DNA of 64,000 bases from assembly GCF_000143415.4 (NCBI RefSeq), contig NW_003314299.1, positions 1,347,502 through 1,411,501 on the forward strand, written 5' to 3'. This DNA comes from Selaginella moellendorffii. Its lineage: Eukaryota; Plantae; Lycopodiophyta. The translations under genes were made by a program, and so were the position numbers. Below, in pieces: positions 48,200 to 62,552 of this stretch (position 1 is the first letter of the stretch; each line of letters opens with the position of its first letter). The notes under the pieces were generated by a model that saw only the letters and a list, made by a program, of their open reading frames with translations, searched no databases and had not been told where the DNA came from.

Positions 48200-50595
48200 T
48201 TTCAGTTTCCTCCAGAAACACAAGCCAAAACTTGTGCTCGTGTGTGCCTTGGGCGGACAGATCCCAGAATTTTAAGCATTAAAAAGGAAAAAGAAGCATG
48301 AGAATGGTCTTTGCCACTAAACAACGAAAGAGACGCTAAACATGGTGCCAAACGCATAACACGACGCTCCTCCCCCTACCACGAACAAAAGTCCCTCCAC
48401 CACAGTAGCGGTGTGCCTCACCAAAAGACAATCTCCTGGGACGGACAATCCCACTCGTTTCCACACCATCGCTCTGGGATCCAGGACAAACAAGCTATTT
48501 GCTTGCTTCATCGTCGGGCAGCCCCCGAGAACCGCCAAGCAATCGCCGAGAACAATGCACGAGTGGCTAAACCGAGGAACTGGCAGCTCTCCTGTCGTAA
48601 GAACTTTGCTCCACTCGAGGCCACGGGTGTCGAGGACGTGAAGATCGCCGAGAATCTCCTTCCCGTCAAAGCCACCGTAGAGATAGAGCTTATCGTCAAT
48701 CGCGCACAGTGAGTGTGAGTGACGAGCTGGAGGAGTGGCGCCTTTGCAGTCCAGCCGTGACCACGTAAATCTTGCAGCGTCGAGAATGTAGAGGTCCGCA
48801 AGCACGCCTTCCTCACCCAGTCCACCGAAGATGTAAATCTTGTCTCTCACAGCTGCGGCCGCGTGACGATGCCTGGATGGAACGAGAACGATGAGCGAAA
48901 CTTGATAGCAGTAAGAACTTTAGAGCTTTTCACCTGGGAATGAAGGTATCACCAGTGATGGTCGGGGAGAAGACGTCCGCTTCCTCGCACTTAATGACGA
49001 GCACGTCGGCCAAGAGATCATGAGGACCTCGCCGTCCGCCAATTATCCATATATCGTCGTTGATGACCGAGGCTGTGTGAGCCATTCGCGGTGAGAGCTC
49101 GGTCTTCAGCTCGAGGCGTTTTAGCTCCTGGTCTGGCACGGTGAGGACGAGCAAGTCATTAAGTCGAGCATGCCGTCCGGAGCCTCCGTAGCCACCAAAG
49201 ATTACCAGGCGGGATCCTACGTTGCAAGCCGAATGGCCCCAGCGTCGGAACAACTCGGCAGCGCTCTCGGAGAGACGTAGCTCCGACGCCTTTAGACAAA
49301 GCCCTGCTGCAACACTGAAGACAAGATCAATATAACATCAGGAGGAAGTGAAAAAGAAGGAAAGATAGCTAGCTCTCGCACGCTTTTCTTGAAAGGAAAG
49401 AAGAACAAAAGCAGACCATGGATGCATCAAAGCTAATGGATTCCATGGACATGCAAGTACCTGGAAGGATAGCAAACCTCGGCTCGGCTCAAAATCCTTC
49501 AAACCAAGTTTCTACAACTTTCTGACAAAAACGTGTACCTGTGCTCTCGTCAAACCATCCCGACATCCTTTTAGCTTGCATACTATCCTCGTTGGAACTC
49601 TTTCCTATCCTACACACACCGTCGTGGAGGTCAGGGTCCTTGAAGGTTTGTCCAGAGTCACTAACAGACTGCCGCACGGAAGATAGAAGCAAGGAGCTTT
49701 CTGAGCCGCATAGATCGTGAAACTCTTGCGAGTCCGAATGGTCGTCCTCGACGATCTCGGCTTTGAAATGGTCGTCGTTTGTAACTTGAATTGGTGTATC
49801 AAGTGACGACAGTGCTCCGCTTTGAAACTAATAAGAACAAGAAATCAAAGTAAACAAAAGCTCAAGAACAAAACGTGAAACCTTTTTTTACCTGGGTGAT
49901 GAAAGAATCTAGAAACCTGTTCGTTCTTCGCTTGTTTTGCTCCAGCTTTGAATTTGCTGTGGAGGTGAGGTAGCTTAAGTACTCCTCCGATACCAAGAGC
50001 TTCCCTTTCTCGGCGACTGGCACTTCCAGCCGAATCGAGCAGCGTATAGCCACTATAATTCGCTTCCTTATGCTCGTGATTCCTACAACCAAAAGTGTAA
50101 AGAGCGCGTATGGTGCACGACAAGAACATGAAAGATGGTACCTGATTCTCGAAATCCCGAGGCGATCGCACAGGCGACTAGATCTTGAGCGGCGGCGACG
50201 CTAGCGCAATCTAGCGCGAGAATGAAAGGCTCAAACCGGAAAACCAAGAGCTCGTGCTGCGCATTGCTCACAAACTTGTGCGTGGCCGATACGATTTCCT
50301 GTGGAGTCACAAGCTCGTGGCTCACAAACAGCCAATCCCCGCCCTTCTTCTTCTTCCTCGTACCATCGCCGCTCCCATTCTCCGCCGCCAATTCCTCGCC
50401 CGATTGCGCGCACGGCTCGGAGAAGAGCGTGATTCGGCCCGAGCAGGAGCTCGTCGTGAAGAAATCCGGATGTGCATTCACCCGGTCGATGAGCACAGCG
50501 ATTGGCGCGTCAATACCTCCTTTTCGCGATCGATCCGGCTCCTCTGATCCCAGCCACGCCAGCGCCCTGAGCTTCCGCTCGTCAAAATCCGCCAT
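48200..50595 (-). CDS. tRNA wybutosine-synthesizing protein (TYW3 domain + Kelch repeats); TYW2 domain not seen, probably truncated
   Basis: DRSRKGGIDAPI, FFTTSSCSGRI, FRFEPFIL, GFRESG (TYW3); Kelch repeats RWGHSA..IFGG, RMAHTA, RHSHS..LYGG, RFSHS. 3' end uncertain. Confidence 0.8.
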
Positions 50596-51289
50596 AGCCG
50601 CGGGCAAAGAACCCTAGAAAAGCTAGCCTAAACCCTTCTTTCCATTAGGGCTAAAAGGAGGTAAAAAAGGTAAAAACGGGCATTTTTCGCGTTTGCCATG
50701 GTTTTGAAATGTAGCGTGGTTCTTTTTGGCGGAAGTCTCTTTCACTATTTTTAATGGGGGGTTTTGGAGGTACTTTCCGATCAGCTGTCTTCGTCAGCTT
50801 TAGCGGGACTCCATTTTTCTTTTGTAGCCAAAGTTAGTGGACCGCCAAAAAGAAAGACGTTTGTGTGTGTATAGATTTGGGCCATATTGCTAGAGGCAGA
50901 CTCTCTTCTTTTTAAATCCCTAGGGAGGAGGGCTCGCGTTTGGCGCTTCCAGGACGATAGGGCGGCTGGGAGAGGGGAGGGGAGCTTCGAGGGAGGCGAG
51001 GGTTTTCTAGGCGCTCGATCTAGAAGCTTGGCCATTCCAGCGCTTGGCTCGAGCGTGGGATGCGCCTTAGGTCGCCGGATCGGTGGAGATTTGCGTCGCT
51101 CCCAAGCCAGCGGCGATCGATGGGGCAATGCGGCTATCGATGAAGCGGCAGATCTTCGGGGGAGGTATGCTCTAGGATGCTAGCGAGATACATTTCGATG
51201 GGAGGAAGAAATCTCGGACGGGGAGCCCTAAGATCAGTGGATTGAAGAATCTGGAAGCTATTTATTTCGGTGGAAGCTGAGAAAGCAGA

Positions 51290-54200
51290 ATGAAGCGAGC
51301 GTACAAGCTCCGTATCCTTTTTTTTTTTTTGGTTTCGCTTTTTCTTTGGCGAAGTTTTCCTTTACCATTAGCAGAGGAATTCGTTGCTCATGGATCCGAT
51401 GTCAACTGTCTTAAAATCGGGAAAAAATCCTCACGGGTGCTTGTCACCGGAGGTGAGGATCACAAAGTGAACATGTGGGCTATCGGCAAGCCAAATGCAA
51501 TCCTGGTAAGCTACAAGCTATTTTTCTTTTCCTTTTGTCTTACTAGTCCAATCTTGTTTGTAGAGCCTTTCAGGTCATACAAGTGGTGTGGAGTCCGTTG
51601 CCTTTGATGCGGCCGAAGTACTTGTAGTAGCGGGTGCTGCAAGTGGAACCATAAAGCTATGGGATCTTGAAGAAGCCAAGAGTAATCGTGTGAGGCATTT
51701 CTCGTACCGCTTCTAATGCACGTTTCACTTTGTTTTTTTTTAGTTGTCCGGACACTCACAGGTCATCGGTCTAACTGCATTTCTGTCGACTTTCATCCGT
51801 TTGGAGAGTTCTTTGCGTCTGGATCTCTCGACACCAATCTGAAAATATGGGACATACGGCGCAAGGGCTGTATCCACACATATAAAGGCCACACCCGAGG
51901 TGTTAAGTGCGTAAAGTTCAGTCCCGATGGGCGATGGATTGTTTCTGGCGGTGAAGACAATGTCGTTAAGGTACAATTCATGTGGAGTATTGTTTTGTTC
52001 TGTATCAAGTTTCTTTTCTGCAGCTATGGGACTTGACCGCTGGAAAGCTTATACATGATTTTAAATATCATGAGGCTCAAATTCAATGCTTAGACTTTCA
52101 TCCACACGAATTCTTACTTGCCTCAGGTATGTTCAAACGCTTAACATAGTTGTCTAATGACCTCGGGACGCAGGCTCCGCTGACAAAACTGTGAAGTTTT
52201 ATGATTTGGAAACTTTTGAGTTGATTGGTTCGTCTGGGCCAGAGGTATGTTGGCGGATTGATTTTTGAAACATACAATGTTTTCTGCATGTACCAGACGT
52301 CGGGAGTGCGTGTGATGGGCTTTAATCCGGACGGTAGGACAATAGTTTCTGCAACGCAGGAAAACTTGAAGGTTAACATCGTTTACTCTACCTGTATTTT
52401 GTATTTACTTTACAATTTTAGGTGCTGTCATGGGAACCACTGAGATATCATGATGCCGTTGACGTTGGCTGGTCAAAAATCGCCGACCTCAGTATTCACG
52501 AAGGAAAGCTTCTTGGCTGTTCTTTTAACCAGAGTTGTGTCGGCGTGTGGGTTGTTGATCTTACGGTAAGAATTTGCTGTTGTCAAGTGTCAAATAATTG
52601 TGTTCGTCTTTTTACTGCAGCGTGCTACGCCACTTCAAGTTAGCGCTGCTTCTCGCACAAACAGCGTAGTAGCCGGAAAGGCGGTCTCAAATATTACCCC
52701 GGCCATCGATTCTCACGTGAAGAATCCCGTTAAAACTTCGATGCCGCAACCCTCTGAATCCGTTCTAAAGGAAGTGAGAACCGGCACTGGTACAAAATGT
52801 AGGCAATTTATAGCTGTATGAAATGTTGGCTAATTTTCTTCCTTGTCCTGTGCAGTGAAGCCAGATCTTGATGTTACTGCTGTCGAAAATGCACCAAATG
52901 CTCCTAATAGAGTTTCCACTCCGTTACCGAGCAAAGCTTTGACGTCTTCTTACGTTTTGACTCCAAGAAAAGGTTCCATAACCAGGGTACAATCCAGCGA
53001 CATTGTTCGTCAGTCTTCGCCCATGTCAGGCATTGCTTCAAGGCCAGCTAGTGGTTTAAGCTCTTTCTCGGAGAATGGCCATGCCCCTACACCGAGGCAA
53101 GAGTCAACTGCTGAGTCCATCAGGAAAAGCTTCGAAGGAAATGGAAAAATTAACGGAAATGTTGGAGCGGGCGATTCTTTTTCTCCAAGGGTTGCCGTCA
53201 TTAGAAGCTCTTACATCCATCCGGATACGAGCAGTAACAAGACGTTCCCAACTGAAAGCGACGACGATAGAGAAGAAAAGGTTACCAAAAGGCACACGCC
53301 ATTTTCTATCAAAGCAGAATCAGGAATCAGAGGATCCATATCCGGTAAGTCCCTCGGTTACTTGTGAAGCATGCTGCTAAAGTTTTCTGGCAGACGACCG
53401 AGTACAACAGCTGAAGCATTGTTTTGATGAAGTAGCTGCTGCACAAGGTAGGATATGTGTGTGTTAACGTGCCTGGCTAACATCTTGATAATTCAGGAGA
53501 TGCTGATTTCAGACGATCTAGATCTTTTTCTGCTCAACGGGGAAGGAAAGAAAGAGACATCGCTGATGTTCCTGTTACAGTTCATGTGGGTCGTGGAAAG
53601 CCTGTAGCCTTGGACACGAGTCAACGTAACTCAATGGTATGAACGTTATTGGTATTCTTGGTCACTGTTCTCATGCTTATTTCAATAGATGGATGCCATG
53701 GAGAAACCTGCAGCTGCTTCTCAAGATGAAACAGATGCACTGGACGAAGTAATGCAGCAACATTATACAGTGAGTGGTACCTTACAAACACGGTTGGCAA
53801 AGCTTCAGGTGAACCTTCGTTTTTATTTGCCTTGTTCTTCGCCTCAACTGCTTTCCTTCAGATGGTACGAAGACTCTGGTTTAAGAATGACCTTAAAGCT
53901 GTTATAGACGCAACAAGCAAAATGGCAGATAATTCGGTAATATCGTGAATTGCTATAAACCGACGCTGATGTTTCCTGCAGGTTCTAGGGGATTTATTGA
54001 GTATCCTTACCGAGAGGAGTGACATGATTACATTGGAGGTGTGCTCGCTTCTCCTTCCACTCTTGAATACCTTGTTGCACAGCAATTATGACAGGTTGGG
54101 ATCTGCAAAGTTTGTTTCGTTCTTGAGCTAATTTTCGACTTGAAACAGACACATCACGACTTCTTTGTCGATGCTTTCTTTGCTGGTCAAGAGTTTTGGC

Positions 54201-54505
54201 CCACTTATACACAACACGCTTACGGCGTCCCCATCAATTGGCGTTGATGTGCAACTGGAAGAAAGGTGCGTTTGTTGAGAGAAAGCTTTGTTGTTGACTC
54301 GTTTGTTGCTTTGTTGTGTAGGCATGCCCGTTGCAGCGAGTGTTACAAGGAATTGCAAGCAATCAAACAAAGCATAGCACCTTTAATGAGGTACGTGCCT
54401 TCTGTGACAGTCCGTTGTGTGACAATCGGTGTGTATTTTTGTAGGAAAAGTGGCGAGATTTCGAAGACTGCACGGGATTTGAATGTAGCACTGAGCGACC
54501 TATGA
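51290..54505 (+). CDS. Katanin p80 WD40 regulatory subunit, multi-exon
   Basis: MKRAYKL|[34 protein letters not shown]; [44 protein letters not shown]; C-terminal con80-like region. Confidence 0.92.
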
Positions 54506-54861
54506 TCTTACTTTTGTCCGAGGAGATCTCAAGCATTACCAACGTTATATTCTGCCGCAGCTATAGGTGGCCTTTTACATATGCTCCTTGCTGTGATGTA
54601 AACTGTATTTTCTTTGCAGATTGCTACAAGGTCTCATGGCACACGGACTCGTCAGCTTTGCTCGTTCTAATGGCGTTGAATTGATCGCCGCTTTGTATAT
54701 TTTTTACTCGCGGGCGGGCTAATGTTCAAGGTGCTGTACAAATAAGTTTTTGGCCTGTTTGTTAACTCTTGATAACTACTTAATTTGCGTACATCCAAGG
54801 ACTTTATTGTTACGGCCGAGGGCTTGTTCTAGTTCATTTGTCAGAGCTCAAGAAAAGCAGG

Positions 54862-56338
54862 ATGGACGAGGTAAGTAACCCATTGAACAGGAAAAGGCCC
54901 CACGCAGTGGCAATAGCACTGCCAATTCAAGGCCACATTAATCCAATGATGCAACTGGCCACCAAGATGGCTTCCAGGGGGTGTATCGTCACTCTTGTGA
55001 ACCTGCAAAGCAACCACAGGAGATTGGTAGAAGCTTCAGATCCAGTGAAGAATATCCGCTTCGAGTCTGTTCCAGATAGAGTGCCAGTCGAAGTCGCGAG
55101 CATGGCAATTTTCGGGTCCACAGAGAACAGGAAAACTTTCCGGAAAGCTTACGAGGCCATGGAAGAGGATGTGATGGAGCTGCTCCAAAACAAGCTCTTG
55201 CAGAGTGACTGTCCGGTTTCTTTTATTATCGGTGATGTCTACCTCAACTGGGTTGTCCGGGTCGCAGACGCAGTCGGGCTACCAAGACTCTTGTTCTCCA
55301 CAACCTGTGCTTCGTCTCTCCTGGTGGATCACTGGATTCCTCGGCTCTTGGAAACCGGAGAAATACCCATTGAAACAGGTACACGGGTTTTTTGCTTGCT
55401 CTTTGTTTTTTCTTATCTCATGTCACTTGTGTTTTCCTCTTTCTTCAGGGATGGACAAAGAGGTTTTAGCCAATCTACCTGGAATGCCTCGGCCACTTCG
55501 AAAAGCCGACTTGCCATTCTACTTCACCAGCAGGCTGTCCACGCCGGACTCGTTCTCACGCAGGTATGCCAAAGCCAAGTCTCTACGTGACTGCGACGGC
55601 ATTCTCATCAACTCGGCAGACTTTCTCGAGCCTGGAGCTTTCAAGGCCCTCCAGTCGGAGGTGAACTCTAACACGATCGGCGTGGGGCCGCTGCTTGACA
55701 CGGCCGGGAAGTCCACCACAAACGCAGCTTGGGTGGCGGACGCAAAGTGTCTCGACTGGCTCAACGGCAGGGAAGAGAAGTCCGTCCTCTACGTCTCGTT
55801 TGGAAGCCTGGCGACGCTGCCGTGCGAACAGGTGTTGGAGATGGCCGAGGGGATCAAGCAGTGCGGCTACTCGGTCTTGTGGGTTCTCCGGCCAAATCTC
55901 CTCGGCTCCACCGGGGAGGACTCCCAGGAATCGCTCAAGACGGTGCTGGAAGAGATCGAGGCGTCCGGGAAGGCGTGCCTGGTGGATTGGGCTCCTCAGC
56001 TCCAAGTCTTGGCTCACGCTGCGGTGGGGGGTTTCTTGAGTCACTGTGGATGGAACTCGGTGCTCGAGGCGGTGTGGTTTGGGATTCCAGTGCTGGCGTG
56101 GCCCCAGATTGTGGAGCAGAGCTTGGTTGCCAGGATTGCTTGCGGGGAGTGGAAAGTTGGGATGAGAATGCCGGTGCTGGAGGGTGGTGGTGGTGTCATT
56201 GACAGGACAAGGATCTCGCAGTGTATCGATGGGTTTATGATGGAGGGAGAACTTGGAAGGAACTGCCGGGCTCTACAGATGGTAGTAAAGGCATCGGGTG
56301 GCCTGCCTTGTTTAAATTCGTTCTTTTATTTTGTTTAA
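54862..56338 (+). CDS. Family-1 UDP-glycosyltransferase, one intron (~55379-55448)
   Basis: PIQGHINP, LYVSFGS, PSPG box WAPQLQVLAHAAVGGFLSHCGWNSVLEAVWFGIPVLAWPQIVEQ. Confidence 0.92.
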
Positions 56339-57199
56339 TTTGTCTCAAACTTATTCCTTTTTCATAGAAAAGAAAATTCGAAAAAAAAGTAAAAAGTCTT
56401 AACTACTTTAATGACCCACTTTTTAAAAATGTATTATTGTATTGTGGAATTCTTAATAAATTATTACATTTTATTATTAAATAGTTACCATCTTTAAGCT
56501 TCACAAAATAAACAATTATGTCCACCTTATAAAATATATTAAAAAAAACAATAGATAATATTATTAAAATTACATAACACAAGATACTTTTTCAACTTTT
56601 TATATGGCAATTAATAAGTTTCAATATGCTTGTATTTTTGAAAAACTCTCAAGCTCAAACAGTGTTATATTGTAGTTACTTAGATTAAGTATTACAATAC
56701 AATTACTTCAAAATGTTTATAAATTTTATCTCATTTTATTTTTATTTTACATTTATTTTTATAAAATATTAATGATTTTTGACACAGTCAATTATTTTTT
56801 GATATGCATATGTTTCAAATAATTATGTATTAACCTTTTTATAAACACTTTTGATAAATAACAAGCTGAATATTATTATTATATGTCCCTAAAACAATTA
56901 AAATATTAATGTAGTAAAGTTAAAATGAACAGTTAATAGTTACATTTATAAAAAATATATTTAACTTCTACATATCTAAATAGAAGGTTGTGCATTTATC
57001 TAAATATTATAAAATTAATACTATGAGTGCTTGGAATATGGAAAGGGAGTATAGAAAATGTGCATATCAATTAACCCAAAAACCCTCGCTTATATACAGG
57101 AGCAAATGGTCCATATTGAAATCAATTTGACAGCTACCAAAATCCCACTATGTTAATATTAGTATACGGCATCATAATTGTACACTTGGCCCTCACATT

Positions 57200-60100
57200 A
57201 TTCTCTCCTCTAGGAATAATGGAAGACCATCAAGGTTCTTTTATAGATGGGCTAGGATTTAGAGGAACGTTAGGAGGAGGCATTGGCAAATCTGTAGGTG
57301 GTATTAATTGCTCCTGATCCCTTTGTATGATGCATTTCAACTGTTGCACATGCACAATCTCTGGAGAATCAGTCTACTGGACGTTATGCCGAACTTCATA
57401 AACTTGTCATCCAACTTATCAAAATACCTAATACAGTCCTTTCCACTAAACAAGGAGCCCTTTAAATAAACCACGTACCGTAAGATGGGGAAAACGGACT
57501 AACACTAAATCATTCACTTTATACTCTATAGGTGGACAATGACAAGAGTTGTAATGCCATTGTTGTCCCACTTATATGCAGCCTAAATGTTTGGCAAACT
57601 CTGCTTGGACAAGTGGAAAAATGCTCGTCAAATATTGATCCCTTGACCTAGCATCAGCAACTCGTGGCAATCGTGAAGGTAAACCCAACTCCATTGGTAA
57701 TATTAGATCATGACTATATAAGAGTTTATATGGTGAAGCACCAACAGAACTCTACACCCCTATGACATATGTATATCAAAGAAACGATAAATTACTATCC
57801 CAATCTAAATGCTGAAAGTTCACATACTTCGTGATCATCCCTTTGAACATCCGAATGAGATGTTCCACTAGACCATCTGATTGTGGATGATAAACACTTA
57901 TGAAAGTGTGGCGTATCCCCAACCTAGACATCAAAACATGAAATGCCTCAGCCATAAATGCGGGGCCATTATTCGAAAAAATCTGTCCTGGACAAGAATG
58001 CTGGAACACCACTCAATTGAGGAAGAAGTATCTAATAGTAGTTGCAGAGGCACTAACAAGAGCACCAACTTCCACCCAATGAATCAAGTAGTTAGATGCA
58101 ATAATAATATACTCATTTCCAGCAGTCGACCGTGGAAAAGGTCCCATAAGATCAAACACCACCAACTCAAACGGACGGAAAACCGCAATTAACTCCAACC
58201 GTCCTTCCACAGCATGAGGGGGAGTATTATGAATTTGGCACCAAATGCAGCTATGTCATGTCACATCTCTGACCAATAAAAAAACCTGCATAGCTTCTCA
58301 GTTACACGACGATGTCCCATATGCCCACCTAGAACAGGAGAATCACGGTAAGCATGGAGAAACCGTGAAATAAAGACAGAAAGCACCACCAGCCGTAAAT
58401 GATCATCAAGATCTGTCCCTACAAAATAAAGAAGGCCATCCTCAAGGCAATATTGAGAATGTACATGCTGGAAAGGTAAGTCATCAGCAAGTGATGCAAG
58501 ATTCTCAAACCCATCGCGAAGCTTTCGAATCCATGGCTCAATCTTTTGAGCCTTGTGAACCTCATCAAGAGAAGGTAGATCTTGCTTTGCGCCTTGTGGA
58601 CACTGAACATCAAGTACAGCAACTGCCGACAGCACAGAATCCTTGTTTAGAAAATCCATAGATACTGGAACAACAGGCTCATCAGAAACATGAGAAGAGA
58701 GTGGAGAAGGAAAAGGAGCTCGAGAAAAAGCATTAACATCAGCCATAGAACTCCCTGGGCAATGAATAATGTCAAAATCATATATTTGAAGCTTCAAAAT
58801 CCACCGAGTAGTACGACCAACTAGGTTCTTCCGCTTCAATAATGAAGTAACAGCAGCATGGTTACTTTCAAGTAACGTCCAAGAACCATGTAGATATGTA
58901 TGAAGTTTCTTGAAACCCCAAACTATTGCTAAACACTCCTTCTTTGTCATGGAATAGTTCACTTCTACTGGTTGTAATTTACGGCTTATATATGCAATAA
59001 GATGACACTGACCAAGCACACTAAAGCTTCCTTGCATCAACACACCTCCAAGACCAATATGAGAAGCATCCACGCACAAAATAAAAGGTCAAGTGTAGTC
59101 AGGATATGCCAAAACCAAAGGAGTCGTCAACAGCTCTTTGAGATCCACAAACGCCCGCTCACAATCCGAAGACCAGATGAAAGATGATGTTGATGACTTC
59201 AGCAACGCTTGCAACGGTGCAGTGCAATCAGAAAGATGATCCACAAAACGACCAAGATACTGCACCTTGCCCAGGAAGTGTTGCACATCATTCACACACT
59301 TCGGAGTAGGGAACTTTAGAACAGCCACAAGTTTGTCAGGATCAACTTGCAAACCCTCACGAGAAATATGGTACCCAAGATAAATCGTGTCCTTGGACCC
59401 AAACACGCACTTCGACCGCTTCAGCTTTAAACCAATGTCCCGTAGCCAATCCAACACTTTACAAACATCATGAATGTACTCTTCCCATGTCCCCTCCGAG
59501 TGAATCAAGACATCATCAATGAAGTCAGCAGTCACCTCTGGCATATCACAAAGAACCTTGTCCATCATCCACTGGAAAGTTGCTGGAGCATTGTTCAAAC
59601 CAAACGGCATCACCAAGAACTTGTACAAACTAAATGGTGTACGAAAAGCAGTCTTAGGAATATCTTCTTCGGCCATCGGTACTTGCCAATACCCAGAAGC
59701 TATATCTAGTTTGGTGAACCAACGACTTCGCCCCAAACAATCCAAGAGATCAGTAGTGTGAGGAAGAGGGTACACATCCGGGATCATCACTTCGTTTAAC
59801 AGACGATAGTCGATACAGAAACGAATACTTCCATCAGGCTTCGTCACAAAATGAGGTTCACATGCCCAAGGACTCCGTGACTTCCGAATAACACCCTTCT
59901 CCAACATTTCCTTGACGTTTGTATGTAAAATCTTGATCTCTTTGGGTGACCGACGACAAACAAGAACCTTGATTGGACACGCATCCCTGGTTAAAATAGG
60001 ATGATGTGTGGGAATCTTGGCCCTAAATGATAGGTCAAATTCAAAGAGATCAAAATACTCCTTCATAAGCCGGTCAACTGCTGCAACACAATGATTTTCG

Positions 60101-61300
60101 GAGGGATTGGAAAAAGGAAGAGCAGAGCAAGATGGAAACATAGGAGGAAGGAATAGGGGGACAAAAGTAATGGAAGCAGAGGTAGAAGTAAAGGGATGAA
60201 AAGGTACTGAAGTAAAAGGAATGGATGAAATATAAGGTAAGATGAGACAAGGGGAAGAAGCTTCAAAGTCATATTTAGCATGATTGCACTGCAACCAATC
60301 CATACCAAGGATGAGGTCAAAAGCTTAACTCGACACCACCCGCAATGATTGCAACCCAAGCTCAAGATTGCCCACACGCACAACCAGGTCCGCCTCATCC
60401 CATGCATATGCATGTGTATGGCCGTTGCCATAAAGAATAAAAACTGGTTCTGTCGCACGACGCAATTGTAGATAGCAACGTGTGGCAACAGGTCAAGCAA
60501 TAGAAGGTAATCTCAAACCTGTATCAACCAACATAAAGAGAATAATAGGAGACCTCTTGTTATAAAAACGAGCTTGGAAAGTAAACACTGAATGAACCAG
60601 TGTTAAGTGAACCCCTTGATGATACTCCCGAAAGAAAGATGGAGGGGTCACTAACTTATTCGCATAAGATCCCTCCATTACTGGCATGACTTCTCATTTC
60701 CCGAATGCATCTCGGTGTGCAGACCTTCCATTGCAATAGCACCAACAAGATGTTGTTGACGCTAAGGTCTCCACCCAGGAAATGGAGGTCGCCAATCCGG
60801 AAAACGCTGACAACGCCGATAAGTGTGACCAACTTCATCATATGCCCAACAGTGAACATCATGACCACGACCACGTCCTCGCCCTTGTCCTTGGACTCGA
60901 GCAGCAGCAGCATCAACCTCTATTGGAACAGGACCATCGCCCACAGGGAGTGTAGTGGAAGGACATGCAGCAAGAAGTTGAAGAAGCGACATTTTATAAC
61001 GTTGTGCCAAGTGAAGAGCGTCACCAAGGGTGGTGTAAGCAACTAAATTTTCCATTCTACTTTAGTCACTTAACCACACTTCCAACCACTTGGAGGAGTC
61101 TCACTCACAACCTCCATAAGTCCTATTTCAGACTTGGGCTTGCTAGCCCCGAGAATGGCATCCCCGCCACTCAACCTTTGCACTTGATCCAAGTGCTCCA
61201 TGTGTTCGATCCCATGACCGACACCCCGAGGTACCACCAACATATCAACCTGTTACGCTAAGGCCATGTCCATTCACCTTGGTGACAACGATGGTCTGAC
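57200..61300 (-). mobile_element. Degenerate Ty3/gypsy LTR retrotransposon internal region (gag-PR-RT-RH-INT)
   Basis: Degenerate zinc knuckle CWAYDEVGHTYRRC; LVDTG protease; RT with RFCIDYR, KLDIASGYWQ, MPFGL, FIDD; RNase H CVDASHIGLG; integrase YHPQSDGLVE; in-frame stops and frameshifts. Confidence 0.9.
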
Positions 61301-62074
61301 ACCACCTACATCCCAGTCCCATCACTCAAAGACTGGGCCATCCATCCACGAGTGATCATCCCAAATCCACTCCTTAGCATCCTTAGGATGCCCACAGAAA
61401 TGGGGATTAGCCTTCCCCAATATCTCCGTTCCAGTCCCCACCAAGTCCTTTTTCGTCCTTGGCCGTGCTCGCCAACACTGCCACTAGATCAAGGCCAACG
61501 GGCCCGACCACTAAGTCCCACTGTCCTCTAGGACTTCCTCCCTGTGTGACCGTGTCCTTGGTCACCACACCAGAGGACTACTCCTCTTCCTTTCCATAGT
61601 CTTGGACTTTAGGACGACATTTCGGAACACCGTGGCCCTACGCGGGCCTCGTGGGTACTCTCCCTGCCTTTCGCCTTTAGGTGCTCTAGCCATGTGCTTA
61701 GAGCAAGGTTCCATTGAGCCACACCAGGTATCCAAGTAGGTAGTGCCACCCACACTTAGACTGGGAGCATCAGCCAGACGATTTCCCGGGGGAACTAGAG
61801 CCAGCTCTTGAACACTTCACCAAGCTACCCCACTTGTCGGTCCGTATTTACTCTAGTCTTGGACTTCCCAGTGGTCAGTTCATCACCCAACACTGGGTCT
61901 GGCCTTCCTGGGCCAAACTGGCCTTTCCTGGGCCAAACTGGCCTTTCCGGGCCAAACGGGCTCCAGGGGGCTCAAACCCCCACACTCTCCCTACTATACT
62001 TTTGGAACCCCCCCCCCCCCCCCCCCTTGAGGGACGATCGCTTTGGGCTTTCACCCAACTGCCTGTATTAGTAT

Positions 62075-62133
62075 TTGGACTCGAACTTGGACTCGGACTC
62101 GGACTCGGTCTCAATCCTGGATTTGGACTCGGA

Positions 62134-62170
<37 letters not shown>

Positions 62171-62552
62171 CCGGTCTCGGTCCCGGTCTCGGTTCCATCT
62201 CAGACTCCACCTCGGGTCCATCTCGGACTCCATCTCGGGTCCATCTCGGACTCCATCTCAGGTCCATCTCGGACTCCATCTCGGTCCATCTCGGACTCCT
62301 TCTCGGACTCCATCTCGGACTCCATCTCGGACTCCACTTTGGGTCCATCTCGGACTCCATCTCAGACTCCATATCGGACTCCACTTCGGGTCCATCTCGG
62401 ACTCCATATCGAACTCCATCTCGGACTCCATATCGAACTCCATCTCGGACTCCACTTCGGACTCCATATCGGACTCCACTTTGGGTCCATCTCGGACTCC
62501 ATCTCAGACTCCATATCGGGTCCATCTCGGGCTCCACTTCGGGTCCACCTCA
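62075..62552. repeat. Tandem 6-bp (CTCGGA/CTCGGT) and 12-bp (GACTCCATCTCG) minisatellite in the presumed 5' UTR/LTR of the gypsy element
   Basis: Directly visible arrays, preceded by a poly-C run at ~62008-62026. Confidence 0.9.
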
